DNA of 64,000 nucleotides from Owenia fusiformis (Eukaryota): NCBI GenBank assembly GCA_903813345.2, contig CAIIXF020000001.1, positions 39,990,001 to 40,054,000 of the forward strand, read 5' to 3'. Shown piece by piece: positions 39,583 to 51,644 of this stretch (position 1 is its first letter; each line of letters starts with the position of its first letter). The notes under the pieces were generated by a model. It saw only the letters and a program-made list of their open reading frames with translations, ran no database searches and was not told where the DNA came from. The position numbers and the translations under genes were made by a program.

Positions 39583-40558
39583 TTTTAATTCCTGCACTGG
39601 TTTTGAATATTTCTACACAATTATGACGTTTATCAATTGTTGGACAATTAATTTTAAAAATGAGTTGGTAAAATTGAAGATTTGGTTAGTAAGAAGTGAC
39701 AAGGAAACCAATAGTAGATGAGCTAGCAAAATAAATGTAGAAAAGGGCAGTTCACGGTTCGTGAGCCAATTAATGCCAAAAATTGAGATCATTCCACCAA
39801 ATGGTATAAGTCGTAAGCTTATACTTATAGGTTAAGCCTATTTGTATATTTCATATATGTTGATTTTTTAGTTATGCTGAATATACTAGGAAAGATTCTT
39901 CATCATAAGCTAAATGCTGGCAAAACAAAAATATTGACACTTCGTTTCATTTTATTTGACAGTACAATTACGAATTGTATAATTTACAAGACACCGTGTA
40001 TACTTCACAACTGATGCGCAAAAGCAATGAGAGTGCATGTTTTATCATTTTTACCACTACAATTAGAAATATCTTGATTTATTTGTGACATACGTGATTT
40101 GTTTTACTTTCACGTTTATGATATAAGCCGTAATAGATAGGATTGTACAACGTTATTACAATGTCAAAAGTCCCCGTAGGATGGCATAAATTGTAAGCTT
40201 TCTCAGTTTTATTATGAAAGCACGTTACATTCTATAACTTGGACAATTGCCGCGAGCAAATTACCTTCGTTGGAATTCTTTAAATTAATGTTAGAGGCGT
40301 ATTTATGCTAATGGGATCATGCCCTTTTCAGCGCCTTCGCAATGCTCGACGGAGAGGCTCACGGCCACCGTATCACCGGGCGTATCACAAACATTGCGTC
40401 ATTGTCACGAGACGGGAATAGATCATATGTGGAAGTTTCCTCTAAGATTATGAATAACAATGTTTGAACTCAATTGTTCATCTTGATTACCAATCAACCA
40501 AACGCAATATATTAGAGGTCTGCAAGTTGAGTGTCATTAAGTTCCGATACTTCAAAGG

Positions 40559-40932
40559 ATGAGGATTTCTGTTTTAGTTTCAGTTACTATTTTACTTGCA
40601 TTTTTAGTCAAAACTGTTACAATAGAAGCATTTCATTTAGGAAAAGGAAACACTAATTATGACATACACATCCGTATTGATACAAATTGTAATCCAGAAG
40701 AATTTCAAGACTGTTTCCCGGCAAATCCCGCAGATTGTAAGAAGGACAATGATTGTAAAAAGCGCTGGTTAGGAACATATGGGTATGAGAAAAAACAATG
40801 CACACCTCCTGTCTTTCGTTTACTTGGAACTAACTGCCATTGGTGGTGCAGGTAAGATCGAAAAATTATTTTCATTTATCTTTCAGTTGTGACGAAAGAT
40901 TTAAGTTCTACGATGGTGAAAAGGAAAACTGA
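40559..40932 (+). CDS. Small secreted cysteine-rich protein 1 (unassigned family)
   Basis: Signal peptide MRISVLVSVTILLAFLVKTVTIEA; 7 Cys in exon 40559-40851, which ends TGG TGG TGC AG|gtaag. A candidate exon 2 at 40887-40932 (SCDERFKFYDGEKEN*) adds an 8th Cys but needs a 35-nt intron. TATA-like atatatta at ~40507 and Inr-like tcatt at ~40534. Confidence 0.75.
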
Positions 40933-41752
40933 ATAGACTAGATGCGAGTAGAAATGATCTTGATTTACGTCATTAAATATTCAAAATTCAGTCAAAGTGA
41001 TGTCATATTTGAAATTTAGTTTATCAACTTTGAAAATTTAATATTTTTTGAAAAAAAGTGAAATATCTTTTCTTGTATTGGATATATAACATTTTCTTTT
41101 ACTGGACATACTTTAATTTGCATACTATTCGATACATAAGGGCTATATGAAAATTGAACCACTAAAACCTATGTAATTTAAGTTAATTCTACTTTACCCG
41201 CCATGCTATCTGACCCGAGCGAGCCTCCTGGTGGTGTATTTTGGGTCACCAAACATAGAAAATGGGAAATGGTGCGAAAACAAGTTTTTCCTATAGCCGT
41301 TACCTGGTGAAACTTTCGAAAATTAAATGATACTTAGAGCATAATGGTCGTTTGGATTTGCCACTCACAGATGTCGTTTTCTAGTTGTTATCAATTCTCT
41401 CCTGAATGTAATGGTTATTTGATTTGTTTTTAAAAGAATAGAGTCGAATAATGAACTGAATCAAATAAAACAACATTAAACAAATTAAACATACATTTAT
41501 TCATCATATATAGTAATTCAGTTGAGTGGTTTTCCTGGTCACGATGACGACTTATCTAAAAACTTGCCAGAAAGCAAGATGGCTACCAAAAGTTCATGAG
41601 CTCTAGAAGTGGTTAGTGGTTTTCCTGGAATCGCGATGACAAGAAAAGTGAAACGCCGCCCGCTCGCCCACCCATCCACCCGTCCGCTAAGCTGACGTAG
41701 GTACGATAAACACAGCTTACGTTCCCAGATATATGAGGTTTACATCTAACTA

Positions 41753-42292
41753 CAGAGTGTCTCGAAAATATTACATAGTACAAATTGGTCAATAATATCT
41801 TTTGTAATTTTTATTTGGCATTTACCCTAAAACAAAATTGAATACTAAAGAGAAAGCTCTCTCGATTAATTTGACACCAGCAGATTCAATGGTTACATGG
41901 TTGACTGCACAGAACAGATTTTGTTAACTCGCGAAATCTCACTTGCGTCTTGCGCGTACTTCTCGGATCAGTGTTAAGAAATGCCACATTAAGAAAGATT
42001 CATTTGCAAAATGAATCCGTAAAATGTCATTCTTTAACCGTGGTGAATAAAATTAAATGTTAAAGAAATGCTTCCTCCTTTTGACCACTGAGAAGTTCGC
42101 GCAAATCAGATTTCACACGATTCAATGAAATCTGCTCTGCGTAGTCAACCGTGGAATGATTTTAAATCTGCTTGGTGTCAAATTGATCGAGAAAGATTGC
42201 TCTTTAAGTATTCAATTATGTTTTCGGGTAAATCCCCAAATTATAAAAATATTGACAATTTTGTACTTGTAACATTTTTCTGAGGCACTCCG
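41753..42292. mobile_element. Tc1/mariner-type MITE
   Basis: TA|CAGAGTG...CACTCCG|TA with ~200-bp imperfect inverted arms (tttgacaccagcagatt / aatctgcttggtgtcaaa). Confidence 0.75.
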
Positions 42293-45109
42293 TAGATACG
42301 TGATTATTACCACCTTGCCGGGCATGTTCTGGTGCTAGTTTAGAAATAATTTTTTTACCATATCGACAAAAGCACTATGTGACGTCATAGTGGCGGGCCA
42401 TGTTGCCGGTCAATAATGCATTAACGACCGGCAATATTCCCCGGGAAATTAGATTTCGTTTGTTGCCCTTCGAAATGACGTTATTGTACCGTTATTGGCC
42501 ATTATGATAATCCTCAAATTCCAAATCCATTAGCTAGAGGTGCAAAAAACACCTGTCAACCTCGTTTCTGAGTAATTAATTCATGGAGTGAACAGCTAAT
42601 GTTGTTGACCTCTTAATTACAGCATATTGAATCCCTTTACAATGGTTTATGTGATGAATGATCATGGACCTAGTGTCAAAATATATCGAGTTTGGATACT
42701 TTCATCAAATTACATCAACTTAAGCTAACATCTATTTTCATTATCTACAAAGAAAACCCCCGAACGTACCTTAATAATAGATAGAAAAGAAGGAAAAAAG
42801 AAACTCGTATAAATTCAAACTATGTATTCTGACGCCTTTTATCCCTTCTGTATCAGATTATACCGTTTAATAAGGGGTATAAGAAGAAAGAGTTTTCACG
42901 CTAAATAATAAACGCTAAATGCAAAAATAGGGAGGCGTCTTAATTTTTTATGAGGGGTATAAAAGGAAAATGTGATTTTCACTCTAAACACTAGTTTATT
43001 AACAGTGGTGACAAGTGATGAGCCCCATCATTAATTTATCATTACTAAATTATACAACAATCTTAATAACGGGCTCTGAGTACATGTATATCCTATTGAT
43101 GATTCTTCTAACGAAAATTTAGTTGCAATATTAAGACACTGGCTCGAAATGAAAATGCCCGATATAACATTTCAATAAATACTCTGACTGATTGGCCTAA
43201 AAATTTGAATCTGGTGTCCAGAGCCTGAAAAACAGTTCTTTTCTCAGTCTTGTCAAACTCATTAACTCACGGCATTAAAACGGAGGCTAGAGGGAGCTGC
43301 AGCATGATGATTGTCGTAAAATGATGGTCATGATATGGACACTAATAGAAAAAAACAATATCGACACTAATGACGTACCTCATTAGAAAAATGTGGATTA
43401 TCTTACAATGCTGAAAGCTAGTCATTTATATTCTGAATGGACTGTCAAAACAAATAAGGATATTTGTTTCGTTTTACCTTCATAAGTGTTATTGTATACT
43501 AAAGTATTATAGTATAGTATTCCAACCATCATAAACTCATTATATTTCCCGAGGGAAATTCAATTCACATTCGTTTTAAGACCTTAGATGATCTGGAAGG
43601 GGTTCATTTATGTATATTTAATAATGGTTGGCAATCATTACACCGGGTGGAAATGGAAACGTTGTAAATGAGTCTTGTCCGTCCTCAGGCTCCGAATGTA
43701 ACCAATTCTTGTTTTACTCTTAATACTAGTTTTGGACATTTCCCATTCCCTTTTCTTGGACTACGGGTGACATTTTGCTTATAGAAAACGTCAAGTGTAT
43801 CTTTTGGGCCTTAAGCAAGTCAGAGCTGAGCAAGTGAATACTGAATGCTTATTTTTATAAGGTTGAAGTAGTAAATCTGTTATCGTACGATTAAAACTGG
43901 CTAAAAGGATCGAACGAAACAGTGAAGTGAGCTAATAATTGTTTTCAAATTGGAAAACACTTAATATTGTTACGTATACCAAAAAATAAAAGATCAAAAG
44001 ATTAATATATTCCATCTTTGTTAAGTAGGGCTTTTAGGTATAAATATCGTCCTTGAGATGATTAAAAGGGAATTAGATATGACTGATATTTTATCATCCA
44101 ATTGTTAGGTTACGTTAGATACTGTAAGTACAGTCAAAAAATAGCGGAGTACAGTTTTCTGTACGGTGAGGCAAATTGACTGGTTTGAAGCAAAAACTAT
44201 GACTAGGGTTTTAAAAAAATTAATTTGATGAAAACAAATACGATTTAATGTGAAATAAAAACAGCATTCTCTTAGAAATAGTTTTAACTTTCTAATTATG
44301 ATAAAAGTTTTACGAGCACTCTTCGGATTTTTTCTGTGTGAATCGGCCCACATAATCGACAAAAGTGAAAAAGGTTGTTTTTTCACATTTCGTTTGGTTA
44401 TTATATTATTTTCCCTGCCGTCTGAGAGTATGGATTATTTTAATGAGAATATTATTTGTTAACTACACATTTTAGAACGGGCGATAATTCATTCAATGAC
44501 CATTCATCGTGTATATCATTAGAAAAGATCAGATTTGTACGGTGATGCATCAACTGTACGGTGACGATTCATTATAATTTGTGAGAAGTAATATAAAGAT
44601 TAAAGAACTCGTTATTATTTACTTAAAATCGCATACATTTTGGTTTGGAAGTTCAAATATTGATCCAATCAAGTATCCCTCTTTGTTAGTCATATGAGAA
44701 AAGCATGGTTTAGTTCAAATGATATCAAAATATTACGTCAACTTTAGAATAGTATACTTACCGTCCGCCATCATAAATGCGAAGGTGACGGCCGTAACCT
44801 TCGCTTGATACTTACATGTAACACTTAATGTACATGTAGATCTGACACTTCTTTACCTCTTGTTCGAACAGTAAGCTTAGAGTTGAATGTGTTTCATTAT
44901 TTAATCCTCGTTATCAGAAATGAATGGTAACATAAGAATTGATCTTTTTAAATGTTGAATGGGATACAACATTTGAATTTCCACACAAAAACTTATGGAA
45001 TCTTAAGATAATACTGAGCTCATATATCACGTGACTTCCGTTGAATATCAAAATGATATTCACCAGTCCGACTTAGGCCAGTATAATTTTAATTTCATAT
45101 GTACCCAGG

Positions 45110-45413
45110 CAAGGAGGATTGGCTCCCAGAATCGAAGTCGATATTTTCCAACAATGAAAACGCCGAGATGTCGTTATTTTCTGAAATTATAACCGATTAT
45201 AAATTCAAAATAAACAGTTCAAAAGATTCGAACCAATATCTCGATCATTTCCTGTGAGTTTTGGAATTTTTCGTTAGGAAATAAGACCAAAATTCACGAT
45301 TCAAATGTTGAAGTGAACAAAATGGCGGCTGTTGGAATTCAAATTTTGTAGCACGACATGCCTATATATGGGACAGAATATCGATGTTGCACTCTGGGAG
45401 CCAATCCTCCTTG
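45110..45413. mobile_element. 304-bp MITE with 9-bp TSD (MULE/Merlin-like by TSD length)
   Basis: 21-bp perfect TIR caaggaggattggctcccaga / tctgggagccaatcctccttg; TSD GTACCCAGG at 45101-45109 and 45414-45422. Confidence 0.88.
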
Positions 45414-46549
45414 GTACCCAGGAGTACATTGTTATGATTAATAGCAATTATGATACATATTTGGTTATTCCATTAATGTGAGGAATATAACAGTGAATAA
45501 TAAAACCAATATTTAATTCTTATTTCGGTGAATACCTGTGATACAGGAAGTTTATGTAGTACTCGAATAAGAGGGGCCTTGATCTCTTTAAATCGTGTAT
45601 CCAAAATATTGTGTAACAGACATAATAGTAAATTATTTGCCTTCATCTTGTCTTCAATTATGTTTCCAGTCCCCTTGCTTATCAAGTTTGTTCGTTTGTT
45701 TCTTTCAGTATCAGCTACATGTATTTGCCACAGCTCCCCAGCGTGTGCAAGAACAGCAATGGAGGTGTTTTGGCTGGATAGTAGCGACCTCATCTTTATG
45801 CCTCACTTATATGCAGCTCTCAGCCACAAGTCGACCCGGTGTGTGAGAAATGATGGTCGGGGATGATGGACCTCTGCAATTAAAGTCTTCACATTTTTAC
45901 GATTCTTTAGTACTGACTGAATATAAACTCATTAGGAAAAGGTGTTTACTACAAACACAGTGGCTTCTGCACTTCAACACCAAGGGATGAAGCGTTATAC
46001 TGGGAAAAATAAACATTTTGGGTAAATCAAATGGAAAACAACGTTTGTCATAAATGTATTTGAGAAAAACAAAGATACTTGACTTTTAAAATAGGTGACT
46101 TAATTATGACGGCCATTCACTTGTATTTTCAGGAAATCGGGAAATTAAATGACTCGGGAAATTAACCACTTATACTGTATAACATATTTTTTTCTTTGTC
46201 TTCTAAGATGTGACATGGATATACTAAGAAACCATACAAATCTATACTAAATATTGCAAGTAACTTCTGTGCAAGGTCGGACTCTTTATCTTCCCATCTA
46301 ATTGACGTTTCACAACTTTTTCCTCATTATTTATAATTATAAAAGAAGGATAGCGGATGAGGTTATGATGGTCTGTGACGTGGGATGACACGTCTAAATT
46401 AATACATCTAAATTATGTAAAAGTAGGGAAATGAAATAATTGACAATGTGAGATATTCATATTTTGAAATTAGCCTCTGCAGAAAACCAGCGATATACCT
46501 CAAATTAACGTCGGACTATATTTTTTCTATTTTTATTCCTATTAATTAT

Positions 46550-47439
46550 CACCCTTGGTATACGCAGCTAACGAAAATTGACCGGCACGGGTCAAAAGCT
46601 GGACCGGCACGGGTTAACGGTTTTATTTGAATTTAAAATAGCCATAACTTGCTCAATAATGACTTCCTCGTGTCTAATTTGAAATATATGGTGCCTCCCG
46701 ATGCTTTTAAGTACCCCAATTTTTTACAGATTTTTAAACGGACCAAAACTCTCTAAATGCGCATTTATGCTCTTTTCTCTCGAGAACGGCTGTCTCATTT
46801 TCACGATAACTTTTATTTGGTACTTCTAACATATAAGATCTATTTTTCCCCATCAAGGTATGATGTAAATGACATGCTATTTACATCTTGTGAGTTTCAA
46901 TGACGCGCGTTTGATTTTATAAAAAATGCCAAACTTTGTGACAAAGAATTTCATCCTGCTTGCAGTGAGAAGACGGACCGGTTCGGGGCAATCTGCTTGC
47001 AGAGAGAAGACGGACCGGTTCGGGGCAATAGCTGATGAAATTCTTTGTCACAAAGTTTGGCATTTTTTATAAAATCAAACGCGCGTCATTGAAACTCACA
47101 ATATGTAAATAGCATGTCATTTACATCATACCTTGATGGGGAAAAATAGATCTTATATGTTAGAAGTACTAAATAAAAGTTATCGTGAAAATAAGACAGT
47201 CGTTCTCGAGAGAAAAGAGCATAAATGCGCATTTAGAGAGTTTTGGTCCATTTAAAAATCTGTAAAAAATTGGGGTACTTAAAAGCATCGGGAGGCATCA
47301 TATATTTCAAATTAGACACGAGGAAGTCAATATTGAGCAAGTTATGGCTGTTTTAAATTCAAATAAAACCGTTAACCCGTGCCGGTCCAGCTTTTGACCC
47401 GTGCCGGTCAATTTTCGTTAGCTGCGTATACCAAGGGTG
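46550..47439. mobile_element. Young 890-bp almost fully palindromic MITE with CAC...GTG termini and 5-bp TSD (Transib-like signature)
   Basis: ~405-bp nearly identical inverted arms; TSD ATTAT (46545-46549 / 47440-47444); the centre holds a 38-bp direct repeat x2 (ctgcttgcag.gagaagacggaccggttcggggcaat). Confidence 0.85.
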
Positions 47440-49568
47440 ATTATTACGCACCACTTTCCGGTACATGCAGTATGGTTAAAAGATATGCACAGACTGCCTT
47501 TCTTTCAACAGTATGTCCAAGCATTTTATTGGCCCATATATACCAAATACAGGTTTGAAGCTCAGTACTCAGTGATTGTGGGTGATAACAGAATAGTCAT
47601 GTTTGCAGCTTAAAACGAAAGTGGCAGCACGAGTTCAAAGGGTTATATGCAAGAAACGAATCGGCTAAATTACTAATATATTCTAGTAACCGAGTCCTGT
47701 GTTTAAACTCTCTCCACACATAGAAAATATTTTTATCAATATTATTAAACTAAAAATTAAATTAAGATCCAGTAACAATTCCTATGTCTGTATCTTGTGT
47801 AGTATCAATACAACTTGTGACAACGTGTAAATAATTTTTATTTTGAATTGGGGCCCACCTCAATATCTCAATAACAAACAATTAGGTACGCGCACAATCT
47901 TGTCGATCGTAGTTTTACAGTTATAAGTATCTTTTGTTCACTCAAGGTCAAGTGTCCTTTTACAGTTTCTCTTCTTCCCAATGCTTAGTCGTCTTCACAA
48001 CCTTCCCGTGTTCTAATTGAAATCAGGCAAGAGAATTATGAAAATGCATGCCTCGGATGTATGCCTAGCTACAGCATGTGTAAAATCAATGTCATCCATT
48101 TCAAGCATCACACACTTTTAGTCATATTTTGTCCTAATTATGATATCAAAACATGTTATAGCTTAAAGATGCATTATGCCATAGGTTTCTCCCCCAGACA
48201 ATCAATGATATCCTATTGTTATTGCTCATATAATATCTCACATACCATTGATATATCTTGAGAATAACTTTTGGGTTTATTATTGCCGAAATATCGGAAA
48301 TAATCAACAGAACAACCAAATCCCCATTGAGTCACACAGTACAAGCGCCCACAGGCGCCTTGAACCAGGCAGCCAATCAGGTTTATTATAAACAAATTCA
48401 ACGACCAACCAGATAACAGGAGGACTTTCCCGGTATATTCAAACTTCAGATTGAATTAATTTCTTCGAAAATAATTAGATCGGCCAGCACAATCGCAAAA
48501 TTAACACTGAAAGAGGGGGATTTGATTTGGGACTTCTTCTTTGGTAAGTAGATGGGTATGGGGTATGGGGATGGTGAAACTCAATATGCAAAAAAAGTCC
48601 AGAGGGGTCTTGATTGTGATATATGTATTTTATCGCGTAAATGGCCTTGTCAATAGGGAGTTTAAGCTTGCAATGTTTTTCACAACCTAAACGTGAACGG
48701 AAAATATTTAGGCGATGCATTTGTATGGGCGATTGGTCATACGTACAGGTTGGCGTTTCGATTTTGTATTCAAGCTTAAACTCCCTAATGAATGAAGTGT
48801 ATAACCCTACTTATCCTATGCCAAGTAGAGTTTTAGGGAGATAAGTTGGTAATATATATCCCGTATCCTGTATTTTGAGGTTTCCATACCCAGAACCTCC
48901 ATATCTCCCGCCATATCTCCCGCTTCGGTGCATATCTTCCCGCTTCCGGTGCATATCTTCCTGCTTCTGATAATGCAATAAAATGACTTTGCATATGAAT
49001 GATTTGTTTATTTTTACACCTTGTACTATTGAAATGGCCATATGCCCCTGAAAACTCTACTTGGTATATGATAAAACAGTTATGTACGGTCTGTTTGGAT
49101 ATAGGGTTCATCCCTCGTGAGATATGCACATCTACCTTCGGTCCCTACGGTCCCTCAGGTAGATATGCATATCTCCCTCTGGATAAACCCCATATCCAAA
49201 ACCTCCCAGTAAATAACCCTTATATATCACACTGGAACAATGATGAAGCCATTGTACGGTTATAATCATCATATCTATGAATGGCATCATGTTTCAAATA
49301 TATCCATCGATGATATCGGTGGCTACAAATCAAATGGCTATCAACGACAAGATCAAATATTCTATATTTAAATACATCATTGCATTGTTTTATCTGTAAG
49401 AAACTTTCTCTTATTGTGATATTAACACACATAAATACTGGCAAATGAACCAATAAGGGCAGTTATTATCTAGCTGTGATTTCACTTTCTTGTATATATT
49501 ACAGTATTAGTGTGTTCCGGTTTGTCAATTCTCCATACTTCTTGGCTAAACTTGAACGAAAGCTGAAA

Positions 49569-51175
49569 ATGAACGGTAGGTAGATGTGTTTGATTAATGT
49601 TTTAATAATTCTGTACATGGAAATCCTGTCGATCAATGAAATGTAACAAATGATTTGACTGGTACAAACTCTTGTCGTATCACACCGGAACACCCTGACA
49701 ACGGTAAAGTCAGATACCGTTGTCACAAATGGCGGCCACAGGTTCGTTTTCGATTCGATTTTCATTAACTGCATGTTTAATAGAGTGCTTAGATTAAATT
49801 ACTTTAGTACAACAATAAAGATCGATCAATCAAAGTGTCTTTCTGTTCATCGTATAGTTAAATATGTTCTATCATCGAAGTAAAGGCTTTAATTTTACCG
49901 ATCAAAATATGACACAGGACAACGGATGCTGTATAAATGAACGGTAAATGTGGGTCAAATGTGATGTAAAATCCTAATGAAAACGGTAATATTTGACAGC
50001 GGTATAAAGACAACGGTAAAGTCTAGTTCGATCACGTTGTCATTTTCCTAAGTTCTAATGCAATACACCCCCAATACAAAGTCCGTTGTCACATCCTTAC
50101 CGTTGTCAGCTGGGTGTTCCGGTGTGCATTAAATGGAACTAAAAGAATTACCATTTTCTTATCACAGTTTTTGCTCAATTTGATAGAGATAGATGCCACC
50201 CCAGTATATATTTGAATAAGAAGGCAGCTAGTAACAAATATAAGTAACAGGTTCATAAATCAGCTGCTGTCTTTTTACATATGCCTCTCTAATATATTTT
50301 ACAATGTTACACGTCTTATATTTAATTCTTAAGCCATCAGGCTGAACACGATGATTCGAATTACCAAAATATTTCTCCCGAAGGTCCTTATATACCTCAC
50401 AATAAAATAGGAAATGGGCCTCTGATTCAACCTCATTATTGCTGATATTGCCCAAGTACCTTGGGCAATATCATATTGACACTCAGTCGCTGAGCTCCCT
50501 CGATCAATATCATATTACCCTTCGGTCAATATCATATTTCCCTCAGCATAAAACCCATATTCAATTCCACCCAGTAAATAACCTATATTTATTCCGTTAG
50601 GAATCAAACTTTGCATATTGGTTGCCATAATATCATGTGTGAGAGCAGACTTTGACATAAATGATCTAGATGACTGTGTTTACGACAATGTCAACGATTG
50701 CCTTCGGATGAAAAAGGAATGTCGCAAATTCTGGAAACGAGGAGAGTGTAGTCCCTCGGATGTGAAGGAGGTTGCCAGAGATCTGAAGATACAATGGGGT
50801 TTCAGCTCCGATGCACAAGCTTGGTGTTAGTGAGTATCTTCTCGATGAGTACTGTAACTTTGATAACAAATATTATAACACCAAGGAATTTATCTTTTCT
50901 TTCCTTGAAGACTGAGCTTTACCCTGCGCGCAGAGTCTAGCTATAGACTAAGACAAAGCTCAAAGTCAAACTCATGCAAAGGGTAATTGAGATTTAACTT
51001 TTAGGAAATAAAACGACAAAGCTCGTTTACTATGCAATAACACATTTTCCTTTATTATTCACAACTATTTTTAATTACATACTACTATACTTTTTTCAGC
51101 CTGAGTGAAAACGTGTATCTCCGCTATATCCCAGATATTTGTAAAACGGTGCCTGGCGGTATAATGAGACGGTAG
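49569..51175 (+). CDS. Small secreted cysteine-rich protein 2 (103 aa, 6 Cys in the mature part; unassigned family)
   Basis: Exons 49569-49575 (ATG AAC G|gtaggt), 50601-50829, 51100-51175: MNGIKLCILVAIISCVRA-DFDINDLDDCVYDNVNDCLRMKKECRKFWKRGECSPSDVKEVARDLKIQWGFSSDAQAWCYLSENVYLRYIPDICKTVPGGIMRR*. TATATA at ~49493 and Inr-like tcaatt at ~49525. The micro first exon is inferred. Confidence 0.72.
49681..50126. mobile_element. MITE with CAC termini in intron 1 of cysteine-rich protein 2
   Basis: TIR cacaccggaacaccc / gggtgttccggtgtg and repeated gacaacgg subterminal motifs; no clear TSD. Confidence 0.65.
50228..50450 (-). mobile_element. LINE ORF2 3' fragment
   Basis: NEVESEAHFLFYCEVYKDLREKYF, the E..HFL..C..Y..LR zinc-knuckle tail of LINE ORF2. 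Confidence 0.65.
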
Positions 51176-51644
51176 TAGACGGTATGAGAATAGTGCAGCT
51201 TGATAGTTTTAGTGCACTAATGGCAGCTGAACGGAGAATATACATTCTAGTCACAGAGTACCTACTATGTTACACAAAGGGACACTCGAATAACAACATT
51301 GGTCAACTTCTGTCTTTTGGAATATTTTGATTTGGTTATTCTTCGATTTTCCTTGATTCTGCCGAGAATATATAAGAATTGTTCAAAAATAAAGTTTCGG
51401 GGAAATGTTTGTCTTTCTGTGCTTTCGTTTCATTGCCCCTCTTACTTCTGTTACACGACATGAAGTCCATCTCTCGTTACACAATCACTGTTTTAATTAG
51501 TATTGACACAGTTTTAGTCGCAAACATCAATTTGCGGTGAAAATTCTCTATCGAAAGTGTAAGTGTATGCAATAAGGTACACTCAGAGTCACGTGTTCAG
51601 AACAACACCAATCGATGAACGTTGATTTTTTATAAGCCTTGTGA

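Noticed and set aside
48219..48720. Minus-strand ORFs 48219-48401 and 48475-48720 as exons
   Set aside because: No recognisable motif or consistent splice partners; only a 17-bp inverted repeat (48654-48670 / 48771-48787) was noted nearby.
49937..49950. Second ATG AAC G|gtaaat as the first exon of cysteine-rich protein 2
   Set aside because: It encodes the same residues but lies inside a MITE; the 49569 site has a better-spaced TATA/Inr. Not fully excluded.
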